From an uncultured Methanoregulaceae archaeon (GTDB lineage: Archaea; Halobacteriota; Methanomicrobia; Methanomicrobiales; Methanospirillaceae), in assembly GCA_963701095.1 (NCBI GenBank), contig OY969564.1:1376001-1440000 (forward strand): a stretch of DNA of 64,000 bases. Reading direction: 5' to 3'. Of this stretch, positions 10,739 through 20,652 are shown piece by piece; the stretch's first letter is position 1, and each line of letters starts with the position of its first letter. The notes beneath the pieces were generated by a model, which saw only the letters and a list, made by a program, of their open reading frames with translations, was not told the DNA's origin and made no database searches. A program made the position numbers and the translations under genes.

Positions 10739-13586
10739 TCAGTTCCTGCGCACGATAATGAACGCAACTGCACCGAGGCCAATTACTGCAACAAGTGCAC
10801 CAAACCCTGGGGTCTTGGTGGGTGTTGGAGTTGGGACCACTGTTGGTGGCTGGGTTGCGACCGTGGTCGGGACTGGGGTTGCAATTGTTGCAACAGTTGT
10901 CGGGGCTACCGTTGTGGGTGCGACCGACAGAACGTTGAACAGTGCAGTACCAGTTGCGCCTGGACCGGGGAGACCGACGGATTGTGCCGTCACGAGGTAC
11001 TCGTCAGGCTTGAATGTGGATGCATCGACATCGAATGAAACCGCATTCAGTCCGTTGGTACCCTGGGTCACCTGTACGGTGCCAGATGCGCCGCTGAACT
11101 CTCCGCTTGCGGACTTATCAGTCGGCTGGAATGATGATGAATAGATCGTAAAGAGGACATTGTCACCAACGGCGAGGTTGGTCGTTGCGGTGACGGTGAA
11201 CTTGTCACCGACAGCGTGGTCGCCAATCGGGTTGATGGTGATGACCGGGGTCTCTACGAGGAACTGGAGCTTGGTGTAGGTATCATCAACATTCGGGCTG
11301 TTGATGGCCTGAATCAGTGCTTCAGCTGCATTGGATCCCTGAAGTGCTCCGGGACCTGATATAGTGAAGTCCTGAGTTGGGAGGGTGATGCCGCCGTTGG
11401 AGGCATCCGCAGCGATAGTGTCGACGTATACTGAAGCGGAATTATTAGACGGCAGCGCAGCTGCATTGCCATTGGAATCTGCTGCATACACATCGAAGAT
11501 ACCGTTCTCCATCGGGTGCTGGACAACAACGAAGTACTGGCCGGTAGCCAAATTCGCGGTCGTTGCTCCCTCAACTTCATACGAGAAGGACGAATCGCTG
11601 TTTACGGATTGAGATCCTGAGTATGCATAGTTCTTACCCATGATCCAGATGTTGACACCCAGTGAGGGCTGGCCCTGAGCGGTACCGGTAATGTAGATCG
11701 GGTCACCATTTGCGACCGTGGACTGTGAGGCTGTTGCACTCACGAACGGTGCCTTAAGGATGATGGAACATGTTCCGTATGCTACATTTGCCAGACTTGC
11801 TGCATCTTCGGGCTGGCTGACTGCATAGACAGTGTAGGTACCTGCATCAATAGCGACGCCACTGGTTCCCCACTCCCATGACCAGGTGTTGTCACCGAGG
11901 ACATCAACTGCCTGGAAGGAGCTTGGAACGCCGTCTTGAACTTTAGAGCCTGACTGTGCCGGAGCTGTGGTGAAATCTGCACCATTCGCTGGCAGGTTGG
12001 GACCGGTTATGAACAGGTAAACAGTCTGGGATTCGGTGTCGGTACCGGAGAACTGTACCTCTTCGCCAAGGTAGTAGCTCTGCGAGCCGGCGGCTACGAT
12101 AGTGACTGCACCCTTCTGGACCTGAACCTGAACTTCATCGTACTTGTAATTGTGGGCCAGAGGGACCACGTTAGTACCTGGGAAGTCCTGCTCTACACGG
12201 ATGGTGTACTGCTGGGCATCGGTCCAGTTGGTCGTCGACCACTGAACGGTCCTCGTACCAGTCTGGTCGAGGGTTACGTTTGCATATTCATAAGTACCGT
12301 TGCCGAGAGCTGATGAAATGGGGGCCGGATTTTGTAAGAAGTCAGAACCGTGTCCAACACTGTTCCAGACATACACATTATTCTGGGCCAGGTAGCCACC
12401 ATTGTCTAATATCGGGTTATAGTTACCAACACCGCCATTTGTGACGTTCCAGGTAGAGCTGAATATGGGGTTTACTCCGCCGTCACTAGTTGATACGCCA
12501 TAGATACCTGTAGTGTACGGGGAATCCATAACGACACCAGCCTGGTTTGCTGTGATGAATGGCGGCTGGTTGTTGTAGGTACCGGGCATTGTGTTGGTTC
12601 CCTTTACCCACAGGTGGTAGGTCGCATACGGCTTGCCCGTGATCGTGACCGAGAATGGTTTGCTCCGGACGACAGAGTTCACGTTGGCCGAGATAGAAAC
12701 CGTGTTGGACGCGAGCGTTACCGTTGCGGGCTGGCTGACGGTTGCACCGGTATAGGTTGCTCCACCGTTAAGGTAGTTGTCGTACATACCGTTAAGCCGG
12801 GACTGTGCGACGACCGTGTAAACACCAGCGGGATAGGCAAGCTGGCCGGTTGAATCAACTGCGGCGGTGTTCCACTGTTCCACGATGGTAGTAGCGGACG
12901 GAACTGCGCCACCAAGAGTACCCCAGAACCACAGGGGTGCGGTTACATTCTGCTTTGTAATGGGGAATGCAACAAGACCGTTGCCGTAGAACATTGCCGT
13001 GTAGGTGTTGCCGGTAGAACTGTGAACCTTGATATCAATGTTACCTACAGCCGGTGCATTGATTGTGTCCTGCGCACGTGTGGTCGGGTCAAGTGCAGTC
13101 TGAAGGTTCGTGTTGATCCGGAAGGTAAGGTTGTCACCCTGGATAACACTGCCACCAGTTGCTACGGTGTTAGTGGTGCTGTCAAAGACATCAACTGCAA
13201 TAGACGGAACTTGTGCATTGAAAACTGCACCTTTGTTGTCCCATTTTCCACCAGCTACACCATACCAGTTGCCCGGGTAGTTTCCAAAGGCTGCAGGCGA
13301 GACATACACTGAATTCAGGTTAAGCTGAGTCAGATTGTATGTCTGCGATGGTGATGTAGTAGCTGAGGGGTGCTGCTGATCCCCACCAGCCGATTGAGTC
13401 ATCGCCGGCAAGGGCTGCGAGCATCGCAGGTTGTGAAAAATTCAGTTGCTGTTCTCCAATATACACTGTTGCGCCCGGCGCTATGATCGTGTTGTTGATA
13501 TCGTAGTACGTTGCCGATACTGGCAGTACTGCGACAAGAACCAACGCGACGAGAGCAATAAGTGCAATCGTTAATCGCTTAGTCAT
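10739..13586 (-). CDS. major S-layer glycoprotein (Methanomicrobiales DUF3821 type) with PGF-CTERM; frameshift at ~13368
   Basis: Signal peptide MTKRLTIALIAL, ATVYIGEQQLN, IGWW, YFVVVQHPM, DDTYTKL, Thr-rich linker, TPGFGALVAVIGLGAVAFIIVRR. SD GGAGG and strong codon bias. Confidence 0.92.
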
Positions 13587-13623
13587 TCGTTTTCCTCCAA
13601 AGATTACATCATACATTTCAAGC

Positions 13624-13693
13624 CGTAGAACCGTTTCGACATTTGCCGAATAACGATTCTACGAGCCCCATACTCCGATTAAACGGAATATGG
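13624..13693 (-). promoter_or_regulatory. structured 5' leader of the S-layer gene (two hairpins)
   Basis: Minus-strand stems CCATATTCCG/CGGAGTATGG and CGTAGAATCGTT...AACGGTTCTACG. TATA-like TATATTAA at ~13713-13720. Confidence 0.7.
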
Positions 13694-14108
13694 AGGAATA
13701 TTTGTAAAAGACTTAATATATCCTTTGTGGTTGATTTTTTTCCCTGTTCCGGGGCAGGATTTCCCCTTTTTTTCAATTTCGCTTAATTTTATGAGTTTTT
13801 ATGATACTTATTGAGCGTATGAAATTGCCGGATCATGGCATCATGTTTCTTTATAGACTTAGTCAGATTCGCGCAGATATTGGTACAACTAATACACAGT
13901 CTGTGTGTTATATGTAGATCATTATACCAAATAAACAAACAGTCTCTGCAAAAACAACGAAAGGGACAAACTCGTAATGAACCATGGTCCCTTTGCCGGA
14001 AAAGATAGATATTCCTTGTTCCTGAATGACCGAAGTAACCTTGTATCGATCTGTCACTTGGGCAGCGTATTGCAACACATATATTATTACGACACCAACC
14101 CATCTCCC

Positions 14109-14834
14109 ATGAGAGTCATCCGGGCCCCTTCGATCGGGCTTGCGCACGAACTGGTCGTGAAGATGATCCTAGAGAAAGGACATGTTCTCCAGACAGAAGA
14201 CGAAGAAGCCACAATAGAATTTGAAGAGGTGGCCCTGCAGGTCGATACACCACTTGCCGGGCCCATGGTAAGCCCCCATTCCCGGTTCCAGCAGAAGTTT
14301 GTCGATCAGTACGCGACAGATCTCCTTCACGGTTCAAAAGCTTCTTTCGAATATGATTACCATGGCAGGCTCTTTAACTGGGGCGAACGGCTTTCGGTAG
14401 ACGGGACACCGGTTCATGTTGACCAAATAGAATACATAGTACGCAAACTCCAGCAGTCTCCGGTGAGCCGGCGGGCCATAGCCATCACCTGGAACCCGGT
14501 GATCGATGAGCAACTCGATGACTGCCCCTGCCTCCAGCTCGTGCAATGTGTACTCCGCGACGGGAAATTGGCAATGCGGGTGATCTTCAGGAGTAATGAC
14601 ATGCTTACGGCGGCCGGGGCAAACATGTATGCATTGGTCCAGCTCCAGAAATCCATCGCGGACCGGCTTGGCGTGTCATGTGGTACCTATACTCATATTT
14701 CACTGGTCCCCCATATTTACTATATCAGGGACATGCACGACATCGAACCGTTCTGCGGAAAAGGAAAATACATCCATCCTGTGCTGGAGGTCTGCACGGT
14801 CTGTAGACGCTGTGACCGGTCAGGAAAGGCCTGA
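14109..14834 (+). CDS. thyA: archaeal thymidylate synthase
   Basis: FEYDYHGRL, SRRAIAITW, PCLQ, FRSND, HIY. Confidence 0.9.
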   Translation: MRVIRAPSIGLAHELVVKMILEKGHVLQTEDEEATIEFEEVALQVDTPLAGPMVSPHSRFQQKFVDQYATDLLHGSKASFEYDYHGRLFNWGERLSVDGTPVHVDQIEYIVRKLQQSPVSRRAIAITWNPVIDEQLDDCPCLQLVQCVLRDGKLAMRVIFRSNDMLTAAGANMYALVQLQKSIADRLGVSCGTYTHISLVPHIYYIRDMHDIEPFCGKGKYIHPVLEVCTVCRRCDRSGKA

Positions 14835-14905
14835 TACCATTAGTCCGCAGGCAAAAATGCCGTCACTTTAATTAGGCTCCAGCGGCAAAAAGAATGAGGC
14901 AACAT

Positions 14906-14978
<73 letters not shown>

Positions 14979-15124
14979 CTCTTTTCGTGGATCTTTCCTT
15001 GTATTGCAGGAATTTTGATTGAGTTTCAAAGTGTCCCGGTTGCTAATTTTAGGGGAAACCGGGTCTCATAAAGCGTGATTCAAAAAAAGTGCCAGCCTTC
15101 TTTAGAGAAACCAGAAACCCCTTC

Positions 15125-15850
15125 CTATGCAATGAGTGCAGACAAAAGACATCCGATAAAAACGGCGCCAAATGTACCCGCACCGCCGATACTGATCTTC
15201 GCTACTTCGAGATCGCCTGCACGGTAAAAATGCGCAATATTGGCGCCAAGAAGGGTGCCGACAGTCCCACTTACAAACGCGATAACACCGGCAGAAAGCC
15301 CCGGACTACCGGCAAGGAGAATACCGCAGAGGAGCGCGGTTAGACCAGGAACAAAAAGCGATGCCCGTAATCCCACGCCAACCATAGGCCGGGTCGTTAC
15401 ATAGGATATCAAAGCAACAATCAGGATGCCGGCAAGTACTTTGAGGTAAAGCATATTTCCGTTCGCAACCAGCGATGCACGATCCAAAAGATAGAGAGAA
15501 AGGGCGAGAGGAATAATCGCTCCTCCCAGATTGACGGCTATGGTTGTTTCCCAGAGACCCCCGTCCTGAGCCGGTGTAAATGCGTCGGGAAACCGGCCAT
15601 CCTCACTGTGCGGCATCCGTATGGTCGTTCGCTTGATCTTCCAGACCGGGATGTCCACAAAACTGCATAACAGGATCAGGATTACAAGGGCAGTTGCCGA
15701 AAGCCACGAAAGACCGACAAGGCTGGTAATCGCTTTTCCGGCAAGGCCAAGAAACAACAGGGGGATAACGATTATGATAAGACCGATGACGGCAATAAGC
15801 GCGACGAGTGTCAGGGGTCCTGCTGAATAAACACGGAAATTATCTTGCAT
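15125..15850 (-). CDS. DUF1614 family membrane protein
   Basis: AVNLGGAIIP, GTLLGA, SIGGAGTFGAVF; multiple TM helices. Confidence 0.85.
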   Translation of the reverse strand: MQDNFRVYSAGPLTLVALIAVIGLIIIVIPLLFLGLAGKAITSLVGLSWLSATALVILILLCSFVDIPVWKIKRTTIRMPHSEDGRFPDAFTPAQDGGLWETTIAVNLGGAIIPLALSLYLLDRASLVANGNMLYLKVLAGILIVALISYVTTRPMVGVGLRASLFVPGLTALLCGILLAGSPGLSAGVIAFVSGTVGTLLGANIAHFYRAGDLEVAKISIGGAGTFGAVFIGCLLSALIA

Positions 15851-15859
15851 AGTGATGTC

Positions 15860-16471
15860 CTAAACCGGGTGCTTGATAGTACATAAGATTGCAGCGTGAT
15901 CCTGGTGATATGGTGCAAGCCACGTGCTCTCACATATTGTGATACCTGAAGACATGAGGATATCGAGTGTGTCCTGGAAAACCTGTTCGGGTTTTTTTCG
16001 TATATCTACGCTCCGGGTCTTGAGCATGAGAATAAGATGGCCACCTGTTTTGAGAAATATACTATTCCGGATGACTATGGCGGCTTGATCAGGCTGGGCA
16101 ACATCCTGGTAAAGAAGATCCACCGTTTCCACAAGGGGTGCATAGTGTTCCGGACTGGACGCATCTGCAAGGATCGGCATGATGTTTTTTCGCCGGCGCG
16201 CCACTTCAAGCAGATCCTGCATCGGGCGCGGGGCGAATTCAACGGCATAGACTACCTCTACATAATCGGCTACATGGGACACCGTTGTCCCGTTTGCCGC
16301 CCCCAGGTAGAGCACTTTCATATCCGGCGTAAGTTCAGGGCCGGTTCCCACAAGATACAGTGCGGCAAGTTTGCTCCGGTACGGGTCCCAGACCCGGTAA
16401 CCATCCAGCATTCGCTCGCCATAGACTCCACCTTCACCTTTTGAAACCAGCACTTCACCGATATGGATCAT
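15860..16471 (-). CDS. flpA: fibrillarin (C/D box 2'-O-methyltransferase)
   Basis: WDPYRSKLAA, VLYLGAANGTTVSHV, YQDVAQPDQ. Confidence 0.95.
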   Translation of the reverse strand: MIHIGEVLVSKGEGGVYGERMLDGYRVWDPYRSKLAALYLVGTGPELTPDMKVLYLGAANGTTVSHVADYVEVVYAVEFAPRPMQDLLEVARRRKNIMPILADASSPEHYAPLVETVDLLYQDVAQPDQAAIVIRNSIFLKTGGHLILMLKTRSVDIRKKPEQVFQDTLDILMSSGITICESTWLAPYHQDHAAILCTIKHPV

Positions 16472-17343
16472 CTCATATTATCTCCATGGATTGTTCCTGC
16501 CAGATCAATGCGAGCCTGAGCTTCTTCGATGAATTCCGGGACTGCATAGCCACGGTAAAAATCCAGTCTCGCGGCAATTGCCAGTTTCCCGGCGAGGACC
16601 CGGGCGACTTTTCCTCTCACTTCGCGCGGAGCGTTATGCACTCTCCGGTGCTGGAAAATGATCCCGTATTTAGGTGCTGGCGCCCGGTTCCTGATATGCA
16701 TAAAAAGTGCAATTCTGGCCCCGATAACCTGTATTGTACTTGCAGGCAGCCGTGAAAGTGCCTTTAAACCTCCTGCATGGGAGAGGAGCCGGGCAGCAAC
16801 GAGTCCTCCGATGAGCGCACTTGTATTTGGCATTACTTCACATGCCCGGGCCGATACCTCTTTTGCAAGTGCTGTCCGGGTGTCAGAAAGGCCGGTGATC
16901 CCGGTGGCAACTTTCCCGAGTGCCCCGCCCCCGCCCCGTTCGCTTACCGATTTAACCAGCATATGAGCCGGCGTTCTCCGGTATTTACGGGAGAACGAGG
17001 GATGCCGGATCTGGTACCAGTCTGCCACCCGTTCCGAGAGAACGTTGATAACTGTGTCCATCTCATCAAGCGTCCTGACCATCTGGAGCAGTTCTACATC
17101 TTTTGCCGCATATTGTTCCCGGACGGCCTGCTCCGATCCCGCGATACAGACTTTCTGGAGCAGCGACAAATATTCCGCCCGGTCGCGGCATATCCCACAG
17201 GCAGCAGCGATCTTCCAGTCCGGCGGTACAAATACGTCCATGTTCGTCCGGATCACACGGACACGTCTGGAGTACGCGGCTGCATCACCGGAAAAAGGAA
17301 TACATTTTCCGTCGTCTACATCGCCGAACCAGTAGGACTTCAT
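16468..17343 (-). CDS. Nop5/Nop56-58 C/D RNP protein
   Basis: PNTSALIGGLVAARL, PASTIQVIGA, PKYGIIFQH; coupled to flpA. Confidence 0.93.
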   Translation of the reverse strand: MKSYWFGDVDDGKCIPFSGDAAAYSRRVRVIRTNMDVFVPPDWKIAAACGICRDRAEYLSLLQKVCIAGSEQAVREQYAAKDVELLQMVRTLDEMDTVINVLSERVADWYQIRHPSFSRKYRRTPAHMLVKSVSERGGGGALGKVATGITGLSDTRTALAKEVSARACEVMPNTSALIGGLVAARLLSHAGGLKALSRLPASTIQVIGARIALFMHIRNRAPAPKYGIIFQHRRVHNAPREVRGKVARVLAGKLAIAARLDFYRGYAVPEFIEEAQARIDLAGTIHGDNMR

Positions 17344-17517
17344 ACTACAGACTAAGGAACGTCAGGCTAAAAAAAAGAATTGCTCGTGATTTCCTGAAGA
17401 TAACCCGTACAATTATACAGGATGGAACGCGAGCCATATCTCGATGAAGGACAGGAGAATGATCATTAATCAGCCAAAATGCATATCCTATTATCGTTCA
17501 GGGATGAAGAATCCATA

Positions 17518-18210
17518 ATGAAGATCGCAGTGACGCGTCTCGCGGGAAAAGAGAAGCGGGATAAAGCCCGGTGCGCAGCGTTCGGCCACGCATGTTACAG
17601 CGTCCACCCATTGCGCTCGGATATCAATAATGAGGTCATGACTGCGTTTACTGAGGCGGTCATGCGCGGGGAATTCGACTGCCTTTTTTTTACAAGTGCG
17701 CTCCCGGCAAAAATTCTCGGGCCCCTCCTCAAAAAAACGCCCCGTGTTATCGCGATCGGTCCTGAAACGGCACGGGAGCTCGATCAGTGCGGGATAACCT
17801 GCGAGACCCTGCCGGGATTCTATTCCCGCGACTTTGTCCCGTACCTGGGAGATTGGATCAAGGGAAAGACGATTGGTCTTCCCCGCGCCGATGTCTCCAA
17901 TCCCACGCTCATTGATGCAATTTCGCACGCAGGGGGGACCGCCCGGGAATTTCGTTGTTACCAGCTTGTTCCAACGACAGAACCCCTTGACCTTTGTGCG
18001 GCTGAGGCTATTCTTTTTACAAGCGCGATGTCATTTACAAAGGCGATCTGGACTCCGCGTCCGGATCTCCTGGTTATGGCAATAGGGGAGATCACCGCAG
18101 AAGCCATGATGCGGGAGGGAACGTTTCCCGTGATTGTTGGGGATGGTTCTCTTGAAGGAACAATGGCGGCGCTTAACGAATACCGGGGAAGGATGAGGAT
18201 AGTTCGATGA
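17518..18210 (+). CDS. hemD: uroporphyrinogen-III synthase
   Basis: KIAVTR, FFTSA, IAIGPET, LFTSAMS, AIGEIT. Confidence 0.88.
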   Translation: MKIAVTRLAGKEKRDKARCAAFGHACYSVHPLRSDINNEVMTAFTEAVMRGEFDCLFFTSALPAKILGPLLKKTPRVIAIGPETARELDQCGITCETLPGFYSRDFVPYLGDWIKGKTIGLPRADVSNPTLIDAISHAGGTAREFRCYQLVPTTEPLDLCAAEAILFTSAMSFTKAIWTPRPDLLVMAIGEITAEAMMREGTFPVIVGDGSLEGTMAALNEYRGRMRIVR

Positions 18211-19169
18211 TATCTGCGCAGGAAGGCCAGGATGGGGGGAAAAAGCCTGCCGAATCGCTCCGGCATGGCGCGGGTATTATCGTAATCGATAAACCCCGGG
18301 GGCCCTCAAGTCACCAGGTTGCCGCATGGGTAGGAAAAATGCTTGGATGCCAGATCGGCCATGCAGGGACGCTTGACCCGCAGGTCTCAGGCATTCTCCT
18401 TATCATGCTCGGAAATGCTGTACGCCTTGCCCCTCTTCTCTTAAAACACGACAAAGAGTACGTATGCCTGATGCGTTTACACCACGAAGTAGACCGGAAG
18501 CAAATTGATGTGGTAGCGGCTGAATTTACCGGCCGGATCTACCAGCGCCCGCCCCGGAGAAGCGCAGTAAAACGCCTGCTGCGCATACGTACCATCCAGA
18601 AGATGGATATTCTTGGTGTCGAGGGAAAACTGGTGCTCTTGAGAGTACGCTGCGATGCTGGCACGTACATTCGTTCCCTTTGCCACCATATGGGACTTGC
18701 ACTCGGAACCGGTGCGCACATGCAGGAACTCCGGCGGACACGATCCGGGTCTTTTGATGAGGGGTCTATGCATTCGCTTCAGGATCTGCAGGATGCCTGC
18801 ACCGCTGCAGCTGCAGGGAACCGCGAAGCACTGGATGCAATGATCGTTTCCGTCGATGCGGCAGTCCCGGATCTCCCTTCCGTAACGGTCAGGGATACTG
18901 CGATCGACGCACTCTGTCACGGCGCGAAACTGGCCGGGGTTGGTGTAATCAGGTGCGATGAATTCAGGAAAGATCAGATCGTCGCAGTTCTCTCCCAAAA
19001 ACGGGAATTTGTCGGTCTTGGAAAAGCACTCGCTCCTTCAGCGTCCTGGAGTCCCGGAAAAGCCGGCCTGTTTATTACCATGACTACGGTATTCCTTACT
19101 CCGGGCACATACCCTAAGGGATGGAAGAAGGGATGCACGCCAAAAAACCGGAAAATACGTGCCCGGTAA
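18207..19169 (+). CDS. truB: Cbf5/TruB pseudouridine synthase with PUA domain
   Basis: DKPRGPSSHQV, GHAGTLDP, YQRPP, GTYIRSL, ELRRTRSG. Confidence 0.95.
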   Translation: MISAQEGQDGGKKPAESLRHGAGIIVIDKPRGPSSHQVAAWVGKMLGCQIGHAGTLDPQVSGILLIMLGNAVRLAPLLLKHDKEYVCLMRLHHEVDRKQIDVVAAEFTGRIYQRPPRRSAVKRLLRIRTIQKMDILGVEGKLVLLRVRCDAGTYIRSLCHHMGLALGTGAHMQELRRTRSGSFDEGSMHSLQDLQDACTAAAAGNREALDAMIVSVDAAVPDLPSVTVRDTAIDALCHGAKLAGVGVIRCDEFRKDQIVAVLSQKREFVGLGKALAPSASWSPGKAGLFITMTTVFLTPGTYPKGWKKGCTPKNRKIRAR

Positions 19170-19218
19170 AAGGATAGCATTAAAAAAATGCCCGGCAAAT
19201 ACATGAGATACGCTTTTT

Positions 19219-19302
19219 GCTGAGGTAGTCTAGCGGTAAGGCGCAGGCCTGGAAAGCCTGTGGTGCGAAAGTGCCTCGGGGGTTCAATTCCCCCCCTCAG
19301 CG
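19219..19302 (+). tRNA. tRNA-Ser(GGA)
   Basis: Anticodon arm CAGGC-CTGGAAA-GCCTG and long variable arm. Confidence 0.93.
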
Positions 19303-19354
19303 TTCTCGTCTTTTTAAAGGCTGTTGGAACCGGCAGCAGCCTCGGAGCATTATT

Positions 19355-20068
19355 TTAAAGGTCTCGAAGGCTTTCCCGGGCAAAAGTGACATATTCCGGC
19401 ACGATTTCAAAGCCGAGGAAATGCCGGCCTTCTTCCTGTGCAACAACAGCAACAGTGCCCGATCCAAGGAAGGGATCAAAGACGAGATCGCCCGTATCGC
19501 TTGAATAACGGATAATCTTCTGCACGAGTGCCTGGGGAAGTTTTGTAGGCGTCTTTTTCTTTCCTTTCCAGTACTCCCGGTTTATTACCCAGACGTCCTC
19601 TGGATAATGGTCGAGTTTGTTAAATGTGTAGTTTTTGGGATCTTTTACAACGTAGAGAATATGATAATGGCTGGTAACATACCGTTTTTTGGTAAAAACC
19701 CCGAACTGGTATTTCCAGATCAGGTGGTTTACTGTCGTAAGCCCGGCTGCATCGATACCTTCAAGAATATCACGGAGCCTGTTCCAACCGGAAAAAATAT
19801 ACATGCTCCCGTTAGCGGAAAGTACCCGGGCTGCCTGATCAATCCAGTGTTTCGAAAACTCAGTGTATTCTTCCGCCGGGATTTCACGATATCCTTCGAT
19901 GACATTGCTGCCGGTCCGGTTGTAATTGAGCCGTTGTGCTTTAAAATCAATAGCAAAAGGGGGATCGGTTACGATAAGATCAATGGAATTGTCCGGGATT
20001 TTTTCTATAAGTGCCAGCGCGTCTCCTTCGTAGAGGGTATCCGGCTCGAATGCACCCAGGGATCCCAT
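19355..20068 (-). CDS. beta-class N6/N4 DNA methyltransferase (orphan)
   Basis: IVTDPPF near the N-terminus, DPFLGSGT near the C-terminus. ATG overlaps the iorB stop (TGATG). Confidence 0.9.
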   Translation of the reverse strand: MGSLGAFEPDTLYEGDALALIEKIPDNSIDLIVTDPPFAIDFKAQRLNYNRTGSNVIEGYREIPAEEYTEFSKHWIDQAARVLSANGSMYIFSGWNRLRDILEGIDAAGLTTVNHLIWKYQFGVFTKKRYVTSHYHILYVVKDPKNYTFNKLDHYPEDVWVINREYWKGKKKTPTKLPQALVQKIIRYSSDTGDLVFDPFLGSGTVAVVAQEEGRHFLGFEIVPEYVTFARESLRDL

Positions 20069-20652
20069 CAGCATGTCCTGCCAAATGTCTGTCCCATCTC
20101 GAACGCTTTCACATTCGCCTCGACAGTTCTGGGAGGGACAAGTTTCTTTACCGCAGTAAGAAGGGATTCAGATTTTAACGGAATAGACCCCGATGCCGCA
20201 CCAAGGATCACGACATTCTGGGCAAGGCTGCTGCCCGCCTCTGTCGCGATCCGGTCAGCATCAATGAGGCAGGGATCGAACGGGGCCAGCTGCGCGGTAA
20301 CTTCTCCTTCGGTTGGCAACGGGCTTTTCTGGGTAAATGCCGAAGTGGGAAGCACCATATGCCGGTTGACCACCATTTTACCACCGGTTTTTAGATAATG
20401 GGAATACCGGAGGGCCTCAAGGAGATCGAAGGAAATCAGGAGATCCGCAGTACCGGGAACAATGAGCGGACCGTAGAGTCCATCAATTCTTATGTGGGTC
20501 TCGACCGATCCCCCGCGCTGTGCCATACCATGAGTCTCGGCACCTTTCACATGCCGGCCCTCGAAAAGACATGCCTCACCGAGGATATTGGAGGCAAGGA
20601 TGGTTCCCTGACCGCCGATCCCGACGATCAGGATATCGAAACTTTTTGTCAT
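20068..20652 (-). CDS. iorB: indolepyruvate:ferredoxin oxidoreductase beta subunit
   Basis: GIGGQG, ETHGMAQRGGSV. Confidence 0.95.
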   Translation of the reverse strand: MTKSFDILIVGIGGQGTILASNILGEACLFEGRHVKGAETHGMAQRGGSVETHIRIDGLYGPLIVPGTADLLISFDLLEALRYSHYLKTGGKMVVNRHMVLPTSAFTQKSPLPTEGEVTAQLAPFDPCLIDADRIATEAGSSLAQNVVILGAASGSIPLKSESLLTAVKKLVPPRTVEANVKAFEMGQTFGRTC

